64,000 nt of DNA from Macrostomum hystrix (taxonomy: Eukaryota > Animalia > Platyhelminthes): contig CATNEN010000033.1 of assembly GCA_950097015.1 (NCBI GenBank), positions 3,472,001-3,536,000 of the forward strand, read 5' to 3'. The notes under the pieces were generated by a model that saw only the letters and a program-made list of their open reading frames with translations, was not told the DNA's origin and did not search any database. Below, one piece after another: positions 25,025-36,854 of the stretch (position 1 is its first letter; each line of letters starts with the position of its first letter). The position numbers were made by a program, and so were the translations under genes.

Positions 25025-25585
25025 AGCTTGGCTCCTGTTGCGATTCCGGCCTCCGCTGCGATTCTGACTTCAGCTCCTGCTGCGATTCTGACTTAAGCTC
25101 CTGCTGCGATTCTGGCCTCCTGCTGCGATTCTGGCCTTCTACTGCGATTCCGGCCTCCGCTGCGATTCTGACTTCAGCTCCTGCTGCGATTCTGACTTCA
25201 ACTCCTGCTGCGATTCTGGCCTTCTACTGCGATTCCGGCCTCCGCTGCGATTCTGACTTCAGCTCCTGCTGCGATTCTGACTTCAGCTCCTGCTGCGATT
25301 CTGGCCTCCTGCTGATTCTGACTTCAGCTCCTGCTGCGATTCTGACTTCAGCTCCTGCTGCGATTCTGACTTCAGCTCCTGCTGCGATTCTGACTTCCTG
25401 CTGCGATTCTGACTTCCTGCTGCGATTCTGACTTCCTGCTGCGATTCTGGCCTCCTGCTGCGATTCTGACTTCCTGCTGCGATTCTGACTTCCTGCTGCG
25501 AATCTGACCACAGCTACAGCTGCGACTCTGACCTCAGCTACAGCTGCGACTCTGACCTCAGCTACAGCTGCGACTCTGACCAGGG
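25025..25585. repeat. Degenerate 19-24-bp minisatellite
   Basis: Core CTGCTGCGATTCTGACTTC. Confidence 0.92.
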
Positions 25586-26317
25586 CTGCTTCAGCTTCAC
25601 GGCTGCGTGCAATGGCACATCATTCGGTGACACTAGACCCGCTGCCAGCGAGGAGGCAATTTCGCTGACTCCTGAGCACACACGCACACGCACGATACTG
25701 TACGTAGGCACATGCTCATACAGGTGTGTACATCTGCCCTGACTTTCTCATCGTCAGGCACAGTACACGTAACTGTGCCTTGGAGGTTGGCAATCGAGCT
25801 CAGGGACCCTTGGTGGGAGAGGCAAACGCGTCAACCGCTCTGCCACTAACCCGTCTTGGTGAGTTTAGTCACGTGAGTAAAAAACAGTCAACTCAAAAAA
25901 TCTATTATTTCAAAGTGGCGAAAGTTCAAGTTATTGTTCAGCTTTAAAAATCGCTTAATTTTCTAAGAACAACAACGATAAAACTAAATATTCAGGTCTG
26001 CTGAGAAGAAGGAAATTAATTCTAGCGATGAGTACTTAACTATTTTGCAATTTGCGGTAAATACTATCGAAGGTGCCAATTTCGCAGTACTTTAATATTT
26101 TTGCTTCTCCACACAATGCTTTTAAAGTAAAAGCCAAGTTGTCCTTTTTCTACTATAAAAATGTTATTTCTAAAAAGTTAAATACTAAAATAAATGACTG
26201 AAATAATCAATGGTGCAGCTTTAGACTAAAGAACTGTGTCTGAAGCACTACCGGTAAAGCTGTTTATCAGAATTAAAATTATCGAACTAATAAAATTTAC
26301 ACCGTGTCAACAATTAA

Positions 26318-27055
26318 AGAATGGTGAGTGGGTCAGAGGGAAGGATGGTCAGTGGCTCAGAGGGAAGGATGGTCAGTGGGTCAGAAGGAAGGATGGTCAG
26401 TGGGTCAGAGGGAAGGATGGTCAGTGGGTCAGAGGGAAGGATGGTCAGTGGGTCAGAGGGAAGGATGGTCAGTGGGTCAGAGGGAAGGATGGTCAGTGGC
26501 TCAGAGGGAAGGATGGTCAGTGGGTCAGAGGGAAGGATGGTCAGTGGGTCAGAAGGAAGGATGGTCAGTGGGTCAGAGGGAAGGATGGTCAGTGGGTCAG
26601 AGGGAAGGATGGTCAGTGGGTCAGAGGGAAGGATGGTCAGTGGCTCAGAGGGAAGGATGGTCAGTGGGTCAGAAGGAAGGATGGTCAGTGGGTCAGAGGG
26701 AAGGATGGTCAGTGGGTCAGAGGGAAGGATGGTCAGTGGGTCAGAGGGAAGGATGGTCAGTGGGTCAGAGGGAAGGATGGTCAGTGGGTCAGAGGGAAGG
26801 ATGCGTCAGTGGGTCAGAGGGAAGGATGCGTCAGTGGGTCAGAGGGAAGGATGGTCAGTGGGTCAGAGGGAAGGATGGTCAGTGGGTCAGGGGGGAAGGA
26901 TGGTCAGTGGGTCAGAGGGAAGGATGGTCAGTGGGTCAGAGGGAAGGATGCGTCAGTGGGTCAGAGGGAAGGATGCGTCAGTGGGTCAGAGGGAAGGATG
27001 GTCAGTGGGTCAGAGGGAAGGATGGTCAGTGGGTCAGGGGGGAAGGATGGTCAGT
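26318..27055. repeat. 24-bp minisatellite just downstream of the P2X stop
   Basis: Unit GGATGGTCAGTGGGTCAGAGGGAA. Confidence 0.96.
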
Positions 27056-27114
27056 TATTTTTCTTGTCGAGCGAGGACCTCTAAATCTAGAACCTTGGTG
27101 CCATGGGGCCGCCG

Positions 27115-30100
27115 CTATAGCTGGGCGCTCCAGCTGGAGGTCGGCAGTCTGCTGAAGCTGTTCGCCGACATATGCACGTACGGCGGCGGTGGGCGCAGCG
27201 ACGCGGCTGCAGCCGTGGCTGCCGCAGTAGCCGCCGCTTCGGCCTTGCTGTCGGCATCAAAATCGTCGACATCCGAGCCGGACGAATAGGGCGAGGCAGC
27301 CGCCGACTCGGGCGACTCTCGGCTCGTCTGCGACCGGCTGGCAGCGAGGCCGCCTTGGCCGTAGAAGTTCGCCGAGTTGACCGCGCGCTGCGGCAGCGGC
27401 TGTCGGTGATGCAGGAGGCAAACCTGCGGCCCGTCGATCGGCCCGACGGCGGTGACTGTCGACGAGGCGGCGTGACGGCTGGGCCAGAGCATGGCCGGGC
27501 TGGCGGGAGTGGCCGCAGCGTCAGCATACGGGATGCCGTTGTTGCCGCCCGGCCCGCCAGCCTGGCCGCAGATGTCGCCACCCGAGACGGCAATCGAGGC
27601 CGAGATCGGCGCGTTGACTGTCCTGGAGCTGCCGGTGGAGGCGGCTGCGGCCCCGGCGGCCTTGCTGCGCCTGCCGCGTCGGCGGCCGCTGCTGTCGCTG
27701 TCCCTGATGGTCTTGGCTCGCTCGATCTCCTTGCGCTTTACCTGGCGAGGAGGTTGTGAATGAGCATGGTGAGAACTGTGAATGAGCATGGTGAGAACTG
27801 TGAATGAGCATGGTGAGAACTGTGAATGGGCATGGTGAGAACTGTGAATGAGCATGGTGAGAACTGTGAATGAGCATGGTGAGAACTGTGAATGAGGATT
27901 GTGAGAACTGTGAATAGGGATTGTGAGAACTGTGAATGGGCATTGTGAGAACTGTGAATGGGGACTGCAAGAACTGTGATTCTAGGAAACTGTGAACTGT
28001 GATTGAGGATTTCAGAGCTACAAGCGAGGATTTAACGATACGAAACTTTTTCTAAAGTTTTGAAAGATATGACAATCTAACCTTTATTGCAAACCCACCG
28101 GAAATGGCAATGCTCGGTTTACAAGCTGGCGGCAATGAAAATCTATTGCAGCCAAGTCGTAGAGTTTATGGTTTTTATTCTATAAATTTACCTCCATATT
28201 TTTGTCAATGCGGCAGCAGAGTTGACGGCGCAACAGAAACATATTATTCTGCACAGAAAGCAGACAGCTAAAGATGACTGTTTCAACAAGAGCCTTATAA
28301 AATTCTTGCTTTTAGAGCTGGGCTGTAAAATTCGGACCTCTAAATTATAGCACAATTTTCCGTAGTGAACCAGTTTTAGTTCCAGGTGCTATTATCTAGA
28401 GGTCCATATCTAAATGAGGGGGAAGTGCAGAGATACTGAGATGGCACATGGCCACCTGCCAGACTGCATCAGCGAATCAGGAAGTCAAAGGAGGCCACAG
28501 AGATTAAACTGATTAGCTCTGAACCCTTTGTAGAAAAACGAAGAAAATTCGTTATTTTTAACGAGGCAGCAATTTGCCAAATTAGTCCTTTTTTTCTCGA
28601 TGGAACTATGCAGATTACAGACACATCTGTTCAGATTACAGACACATCTGTGCAGATTACAGACCCATCTATGCAGATTACAGACCCATCCGTGCAGATT
28701 ACAGACACATCTGTGCAGATTACAGACACATCTATGCAGATTACAGACACATCTGTTCAGATTACAGACACATCTATGCAGATTACAGACCCATCCGTGC
28801 AGATTACAGACACATCTGTGCAGATTACAGACACATCTGTGCAGATTACAGACACATCTGTTCAGATTACAGACACATCTGTTCAGATTACAGACACATC
28901 TGTGCAGATTACAGACACATCTGTTCAGATTACAGACACATCTGTTCAGATTACAGACACATCCGTGCAGATTACAGACACATCCGTGCAGATTACAGAC
29001 ACATCTGTGCAGATTACAGACACATCTGTGCAGATTACAGACACATCTGTGCAGATTACAGACACATCTGTGCAGATTACAGACACATCCGTGCAGATTA
29101 CAGACACATCTGTTCAGATTACAGACACATCTGTGCAGATTACAGACACATCCGTGCAGATTACAGACACATCTGTGCAGATTACAGACACAACCGTGCA
29201 GATTACAGACACATCTGTTCAGATTACAGACACATCTGTGCAGATTACAGACACATCTATGCAGATTACAGACCCATCCGTGCAGATTACAGACACATCT
29301 GTGCAGATTACAGACACATCTGTGCAGATGACAGACACATCCGTGCAGATTACAGACACATCTGTGCAGATTACAGACACATCCGTGCAGATTACAGACA
29401 CATCTGTTCAGATTACAGACACATCTGTGCAGATTACAGACACATCTATGCAGATTACAGACCCATCCGTGCAGATTACAGACACATCTGTTCAGATTAC
29501 AGACACATCTGTGCAGATTACAGACACATCTGTGCAGATTACAGACACATCTGTGCAGATTACAGACACATCTATGCAGATTACAGACCCATCCGTGCAG
29601 ATTACAGACACATCCGTGCAGATTACAGACACATCTGTGCAGATTACAGACACATCCGTGCAGATTACAGACACATCTGTGCAGATTACAGACACATCTG
29701 TGCAGATTACAGACACATCCGTGCAGATTACAGACACATCCGTGCAGATTACAGACACATCCGTGCAGATTACAGACACATCCGTGCAGATTACAGACCC
29801 ATCTGTGCAGATAACAAATACAGCACAATCGCTGAAGCAGAGATCCTTAGGAAAAGGAGCAACAGAGTTCCTCAAACCCAAAGCAGAAAATCCCAAGAAG
29901 GCGGCCCAGCTCACCTTGTCAATCTTGGCCTGTCGGTACTTTTTCCTCTTACGCATGATGTTGAGAACAATGATGTCGCAGAGCACAGTGGCGAGAGTGA
30001 GCAGGGCCAGCCCGGATCCCAGGTTCATTGTGAAGTTGAGTATGTCGAATTTGCCGCCTCTGCCGGTGACGCTGATGAAGAACTGAATGCCGAATGCCTT

Positions 30101-33100
30101 CACCAATGTCCGCTTGTGGATGCCGTCCTCCACATAGTGATAGGCGTGCCTGGCAACCAGCAATAATTTCATTTCATTTTATGCTGCTTCGGCTACTTTT
30201 TTGTAACTAGTAAAGAAATTATAGTTTTCTTTTTAAAAAAAACTTTTTACTCACATTTTCAAATAAGTCTACTAACAGTAATATTCAGCAGACAAAATAC
30301 TAACCGAAAATTCCAGCCCTGTCCAACTTTGCCATCTTCGAGGTTGCGAAATTTGTACTCAGGTTTGCAGTGCTCCTCGTTGTAATCAAAGTTGCACTCC
30401 CAGTGAATGTCTATGGCCACCATGCCTGTAATGAGGCGGTCATTGGCATTGAACTTCGCTCTCAACTATAGGAATACCAAGCCATTTCGCCGCCCGCTTA
30501 TACACCAGGGGGATTTCCCCGCAGAAATCTCGGCCAAATTTTTTTTGGCTGTGCCTGAATGCTAACAGCGTTGGGTGGTGACTGATTGGTTGACAGACTA
30601 GCAATGGTGTCCCGTGGTTGAGCTGCGCCTAATATTCAGGCTGTGCAGTACACTGCTCCGTTTGAGTGCAGTGTCAGGGGGAACCCCCCTTGGTAGTTCT
30701 ACTGCTAACATGCAAGAAATTACCCCCAGTGATCCAGATCTGCTTGGCCGCCATCTCGCTGATGGCCTGTCCGTACTTGATGATGTCGCCCAGTTTGAAG
30801 ATCGGGCAATACCTGTCTTGGTCGTGGTCCGGTCTGTAGTGGCAGGTCTTCAGGTATTTGTTGGTCATATTGCTCAGAATGTTGCGCCGTTTCACACCAA
30901 ACTTTGGAAATTCGACGCTATTTTTTATCAGCACGGTGAAATTCTTGACTCGCGTCATTAGCACCTGCGAATGCGCCGAACAGAAGTCACTGAGCGTGTG
31001 ACGAATTGGGGGTGACTGGTGGAGTGACTGGTGGAGTGACTGGTGGAGTGACTGATGGAGTGACTGGTGGAGTGACTGGTGGAGTGACTGATGGAGTGAC
31101 TGATGGAGTGACTGGTAGAGTGACTGTTGGAGTGACTGATGTAGTGACTGGTGGAGTGACTGGTGGAGTGACTGGTGGAGTGACTGGTGAAAGTGACTGG
31201 TGAAAGTGACTGTTGGAGTGACTGATGGAGTGACTGGTGGAGTGACTGATGGAGTGACTGTTGGAGTGACTGGTGAAGTGACTGATGGAGTGACTGGTGG
31301 AGTGACTGGTGAAGTGACTGATGGAGTGACTGGTGGAGTGACTGATGGAGCGACTGGTGGAGTGACTGATGGAGTGACTGATGGAGTGACTGGTGAAAGT
31401 GACTGGTGATGTGACTAGTGAAGTGACTGATGGAGTGACTGATGGAGTGACTGGTGAAAGTGACTGGTGATGTGACTAGTGAAGTGACTGATGGAGTGAC
31501 TGGTGGAGTGACTGGTGGAGTCACTGGTGGAATGACTGGTGAAAGTGACTGCTGGAGTGACTGATGGAGTGACTGTTGGAGTGACTGGTGGAGTGACTAG
31601 TGAAGTGACTGATGGAGTGACTGGTGGAGTGACTGATGGAGTGACTGGTGAAGTGACTGATGGAGTGACTGGTGGAGTGACTAGTGAAGTGACTGATGGA
31701 GTGACTGGTGGAGTGACTGATGGAGTGACTGGTGAAGTGACTGATGGAGTGACTGGTGGAGTGACTAGTGAAGTGACTGATGGAGTGACTGTTGGAGTGA
31801 CTGGTGGAGTGACTGATGGAGTGACTGGTGAAGTGACTGATGGAGTGACTGGTGGAGTGACTAGTGAAGTGACTGATGGAGTGACTGGTGGAGTGACTGA
31901 TGGAGTGACTGATGGAGTGACTGATGGAGTGACTGGTGGAGTGACTAGTGAAGTGACTGATGGAGTGACTGTTGGAGTGACTGGTGGAGTGACTAGTGAA
32001 GTGACTGATGGAGTGACTGGTGGAGTGACTGATGGAGTGACTGGTGAAGTGACTGATGGAGTGACTGGTGGAGTGACTAGTGAAGTGACTGATGGAGTGA
32101 CTGGTGGAGTGACTGATGGAGCGACTGGTGGAGTGACTGATGGAGTGACTGATGGAGTGACTGGTGAAAGTGACTGGTGATGTGACTAGTGAAGTGACTG
32201 ATGGAGTGACTGGTGGAGTGACTGGTGGAGTGACCGAGGGTCTCATATATGGACTCAAATATTTTGTTATCGCTATTTTTTAGATTATTTTTGACATAAT
32301 TTTATCCGATGCAATCGATGGGACTGAGTGGCCGCCGGCAAACATGCCGAGCTGCACATGAGCCCTCAGGTGCGTGAGAGCCTCATTTGATGGGTACTCA
32401 AAGCCGCATTCGTGCAGCCGCTGACGCACCTGGGCCGTCTCGCCAAGGGTCCGGATAAACGCAAATTGCCAGCTGAGTGGGAGCGGCCCCAGCGGCGACA
32501 CCTCCGTGAGAGAGCATTTCAGATCCCCACTTAAAAGGGCCGCCGATAAAAAAACCGCATATTTTTTAAACAAAATAAAAGCCTTATCTGCACTACCGGA
32601 GCCATGTGTCGGGGATCTGGGAAATGGATTTCGATGCAAAATAAGTACAAGTTGAGTAAGCTGGATCCTACACAATAACTCAAGTTCATGAGTGAGTTCA
32701 CTACCATGTGCTGAGTTCACAACTGAGTTTTTCTACTGAGTTCACTACTGAGTTCACTACTGAGTTCATGAGTGAGTTCATGAATGAGTTCATGGGGAAG
32801 TTCATGAGTGAGTTCATGAATGAGTTCATGGGTAAGTTCATGAATAAGTTCAAGGGAAAGTTCATGAGTGAGTTCATGAGTGAATTCATGAGTGACTTCA
32901 GACCTTGTCATCGCCCAGAGGCAGCTGGTCCCTCTCGGTGGGGCACCAGCCGTAGATCTCGCACACGGTCAGGTTTGCCTCCCGGGAGCTGCTGACGCAG
33001 CGGCCCGTCTTGACGCCCCAGCCCAGCATGTGCACGTGGCCCTTCTTGCAGTCGGCATCGGTATTGCAGCTGGTTGGGCGCAAAGCAGCGGGTGCGAAAT

Positions 33101-36100
33101 GTATGCAGTTCAAGTATGAGCCCGGAATCACACGACAATATGTGGCCTCTAATCCGTGACTTCATTCTCAAAGAAATAGCTAAGACCCATCAATCTGAGA
33201 TCTCACCTCTCCGAGTGACCCCTCAATCTGAGATCTCACCTCTCCGAGTGACCCCTCAATCTGAGATCTCACCTCTCCGAGTGACCCCTCAATCTGAGAT
33301 CTCACCTCTCCGAGTGACCCCTCAATCTGAGATCTCACCTCTCCGAGTGACCCCTCAATCTGAGATCTCACCTCTCCGAGTGACCCCTCAATCTGAGATC
33401 TCACCTCTCCGAGTGACCCCTCAATCTGAGATCTCACCTCTCCGAGTGACCCCTCAATCTGAGATCGCACCTCTCCGAGTGGTCCCTAATCTCTGACACC
33501 AGCTAGAATCAACCCTGACCGCAGGTACTCACTGGGCGTGCCACTTGTTGTCCTTGTCCTCCTCGCAGGTGGTCTGGCTTTGGTTCTTGGTGATGACCAC
33601 ATTGGTGGTGACGAAGAAGGCGCTGTTCATCTGGGGCGGCACGGCCCAGTCAGCTACGTCCCAGATTCGATCCCCGATCGATGGGATGTTGGTGTAGTTG
33701 GTGTACTCCAGGCCTGGGATCAGAACAGTGGGATGGGAAATGTCACACCGTGTGAAATGGAGTAAAGATCCCAAAAAAACTTTGAAGCGGTCGCAGGTCA
33801 GCGATTTCAATCAGGCTGATTGGCCGTTCTAATATTTTAGGGCCTAGTCAAAGCAGAAAAACTGATATTGAGCAGTGCTCAAACTTCTGATTCTCACTCA
33901 AATTCTACTTTTTTGTCCACATTTTTCTGGTATCAGTTTAGCTTTTAGCCAAGTTTTAGCTTAGTTTAGTAAAAACAGAATCGACTGCTCCGCTACATTA
34001 GTCTGATGTGAAATATTGCCTTTGTGACATTACATTTGGTCTGAGACAAATGCAAATAATAATGCTTTGGCGGCACTGAGATTCAGCTCAGCCAATTATC
34101 GAGGCTGGGTTTGTTCGGGCTGTGCGGGATGCAAATCAGGCTCAGAAAACTCGCTGCTCAGAGTTGTCTGCCACATTGCGAATCAATTGTGCATGTGGAA
34201 TGGAGTTAATGCATTCCATTCATCTGCTAACTGGCAGTTCATTCTTATCAAGCTTTTAACGATTGAATTTAGATTCTGGCTGCTAGATGGCTTATATATT
34301 CTTTGATACAAGATTTGGCTCTGCTCTGCCCTGACTCAGACAGACTTGGCAAACTTGGAGTCAGATTCATGGTCTCTTGGGGTTCCCCTGCTTTCTCCCC
34401 ATTCCACTATACCTATTTTTTCTCCCTCTATCACTCTCTATTCTCCCTCTATCCTTCCCTATTCTCCCTCTATCCCTCTCCATTCTCCCTCTATCCTTCC
34501 CTATTCTCCCTCTATCTCTCCCTATTCTCCCTCTATACCTCCCCATTCTCCCTCTATCCCTCCCTATTCTCCCACTATCCCTCCCTATTCTCTCACTATC
34601 CCTCCCTATTCTCCCTCTATTCCTCTCTATTCTCCCTCTATCTCTCCTTATTCTCCCTCAATACCTCTCTATTATCCCTCTATCCCTCCCGATTCTCTCT
34701 CTATCTCTCTCTATTCTCCCTCTATCCTTCCCTATTCTCCCTCTATCACTCTCCATTCTCCCTCTATCCTTCCCTATTCTCCCTCTATCTCTCCCTATTC
34801 TCTCCCTATCCCTCCCTATTCTCCCTCTATTCCTCTCTATTCTCCCTCTATCTCTCCTTATTCTCCCTCTATCCCTCCCTATTCTCTCCCTATCCCTCCC
34901 TATTCTCCCTCTATTCCTCTCTATTCTCCCTCTATCTCTCCTTATTCTCTCACTATCCCCCCCTATTCTCCTACTATCCCTCCCTTTTCCCCATCTATTC
35001 CTCTCCATTCTCAATACCTCAATTTCTCTCCTATCCTTTATCACCCTCCCAGTCCCTTTAGTAAATAAATGAAGCTGCAGCAAAGTATACAAAACTTTGG
35101 ATCTTGTTCTTGTTCTGGGGAGAAATATGTGAAGAGATGGGAGAAAGTCTGAAATGGGCGGAGCACCTATGTAGCCCACAATGCCTGTTATTCTTTCATT
35201 ATCTTCTTTATCTGCTTCTCGTGTTGCTTCCATTTTTGTGGGGCCCGTGTTGACACTGCACTGCCTGCATGCACACACACACTCTCACTCACTCACAGCC
35301 TTCGTTATCCAACAAGACAAAACGTGGTACTTAGTAATAAAAGTATTTTCGGCAAAAGACCAGTACCAGCTGCTGCTAGTACACGGACAGGCTATGAAGT
35401 TTTCGCTCCAATTGTGAATAAAAATGGCTACAGGGCGGCGATGCCATTCCAAAGTCTAAGAGGAACGCTTTCATTTCTACTCAATACAAGAAATACTCGA
35501 TACCGTCACAACCCATCAGCCGCCTCGCTTCAGAGACCCAAATATCCGTGATACACCACACAACCCTCTTCTACTGGGGCTACTCAAAAACACTTCTTAA
35601 CCCATCACTTCCAAAACCCCATCCCCTTACTTCCAGCACCTTCAACACCTTACTTCCAACACCCCTCAACCCCTTACTTCCAACACCCCTCAACCCCTTA
35701 CTTCCAACACCCCTCAACCCCTCACTTCCAACACCCCTCAAACCCTTACTTCCAACACCCCTCAAACCCTTACTTCCAACACCCCTCAACCCCTCACTTC
35801 CAACACCCCTCAAACCCTTACTTCCAACACCCCTCAAACCCTTACTTCCAACACCCCTCAAACCCTTACTTCCAACACCCCTCAAACCCTTACTTCCAAC
35901 ACCCCTCAACCCCTCACTTCCAACACCCCTCAACCCCTCACTTCCAACACCCCTCAAACCCTTACTTCCAACACCCGTCAAACCCTTACTTCCAACACCC
36001 CTCAAACCCTTACTTCCAACACCCCTCAAACCCTTACTTCCAACACCCCTCAACCCCTCACTTCCAACACCCCTCAACCCCTCACTTCCAACACTCCTCA

Positions 36101-36531
36101 AACCCTTACTTCCAACACCCCTCAAACCCTTACTTCCAAAACCCCTCAACCCCTTACTTCCAACACCCCTCAAACCCTTACTTCCAACACCCCTCAAACC
36201 CTTACTTCCAAAACCCCTCAACCCCTTACTTCCAACACCCCTCAACCCCTTACTTTCAACAACTTCACGTAGCCTTTGGATAGCTGCGGCTGTGTCAATC
36301 CTGAATTCATTCACAGCTCTCACCCTTCAGCTTAGTGGTGACTCCGCTGACGACAGTGTCGAAGCTCTGGTAGCCCTTCTCCATGAGCATGACCCAGCCG
36401 ACCACGTAGGTGACAATGAGCAGCTGAATGCCGCGATAAATCAGACCGATCTTGTAGGAGCTGATTGCAATCACCTTCTGAGTCTCGTACTCAAATAGCG
36501 TAGCAGTGAGGAACTTTCTCACAGAAGACAT
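27115..36531 (-). CDS. P2RX: P2X purinoceptor (ATP-gated cation channel); exons 36324-36531, 33533-33713, 32904-33069, 30724-30964, 30305-30425, 29915-30149, 27115-27741
   Basis: FEYETQK, TTKLKG, RIWDVAD, ectodomain Cys pattern (C..C..C...GVKTGRC...CEIYGWCP), NFTVLIKN, YCPIF, WECNFD...C.P.Y.F, GWNFR, KAFGI, GKF, TM2 and the YxxxK motif (KYRQAK). All six introns are GT-AG with compatible phases. No vertebrate subtype assigned. Confidence 0.96.
27756..27990 (-). repeat. 22-bp minisatellite abutting the last P2X acceptor
   Basis: Minus-strand unit TTCTCACCATGCTCATTCACAG. Confidence 0.93.
28608..29815. repeat. 21-bp minisatellite in P2X intron 6
   Basis: Unit CAGATTACAGACACATCTGTG; gives the QITDTSV and CVCNLHR pseudo-ORFs. 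Confidence 0.97.
31010..32235. repeat. 12-bp minisatellite in P2X intron 3
   Basis: Unit GAGTGACTG(G/A)TG. Confidence 0.97.
32685..32895. repeat. 12-bp minisatellite next to the P2X exon 3 donor
   Basis: Unit TTCATGAGTGAG. Confidence 0.9.
33190..33480. repeat. 33-bp tandem repeat, about 9 units, in P2X intron 2
   Basis: Unit CAATCTGAGATCTCACCTCTCCGAGTGACCCCT. Confidence 0.96.
34375..35030. repeat. Pyrimidine-rich ~21-bp minisatellite
   Basis: Unit CTATTCTCCCTCTATCCCTCC. Confidence 0.93.
35600..36260. repeat. 24-bp minisatellite in P2X intron 1
   Basis: Unit TTACTTCCAACACCCCTCAAACCC. Confidence 0.96.
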
Positions 36532-36854
36532 CTCTTTGCAAATCGCTCCTCAGGACTCGGAGCTCAAGGGGGCGCTCGCTCTCTCTTGAGAAACTAAAAA
36601 GAAGGCGGAAAATCAGGGCTCGGATTCTATTCCGACTGGCTGAGTTGAGCAACCCTATACTAGCTTCTGATTGCGAGCGAAGCCCTCTAGAGACCGCGTT
36701 TTAGGGAGCAATTGCCCGAACCGGATGGGATCTCGCCATTAGACAGCGGCACTGGAACCCTTCTAGGCTGTCTCACTGACGGCGTCATAAATCTACCCTG
36801 GAACACTTTCTTGCCATCTTCCGTGTCGCACCCACAATCAACGTGACCTGCCTT

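Noticed and set aside
26236-27289. RGKDGQWV / GSEGRMVS repeat proteins
   Set aside because: Open frames of a 24-bp array downstream of P2X, with no splice or start support.
28485-30086. Cys-rich CVCNLHR (metallothionein/keratin-like) and QITDTSV repeat proteins
   Set aside because: Both are frames of a 21-bp array lying inside P2X intron 6, whose flanking exons splice in phase without it.
31006-36323. Mucin-like GVTD, LPTPLKP and YSPS (RNA pol II CTD-like) repeat ORFs
   Set aside because: All lie in P2X introns, and multiple frames are open because unit lengths are multiples of 3.
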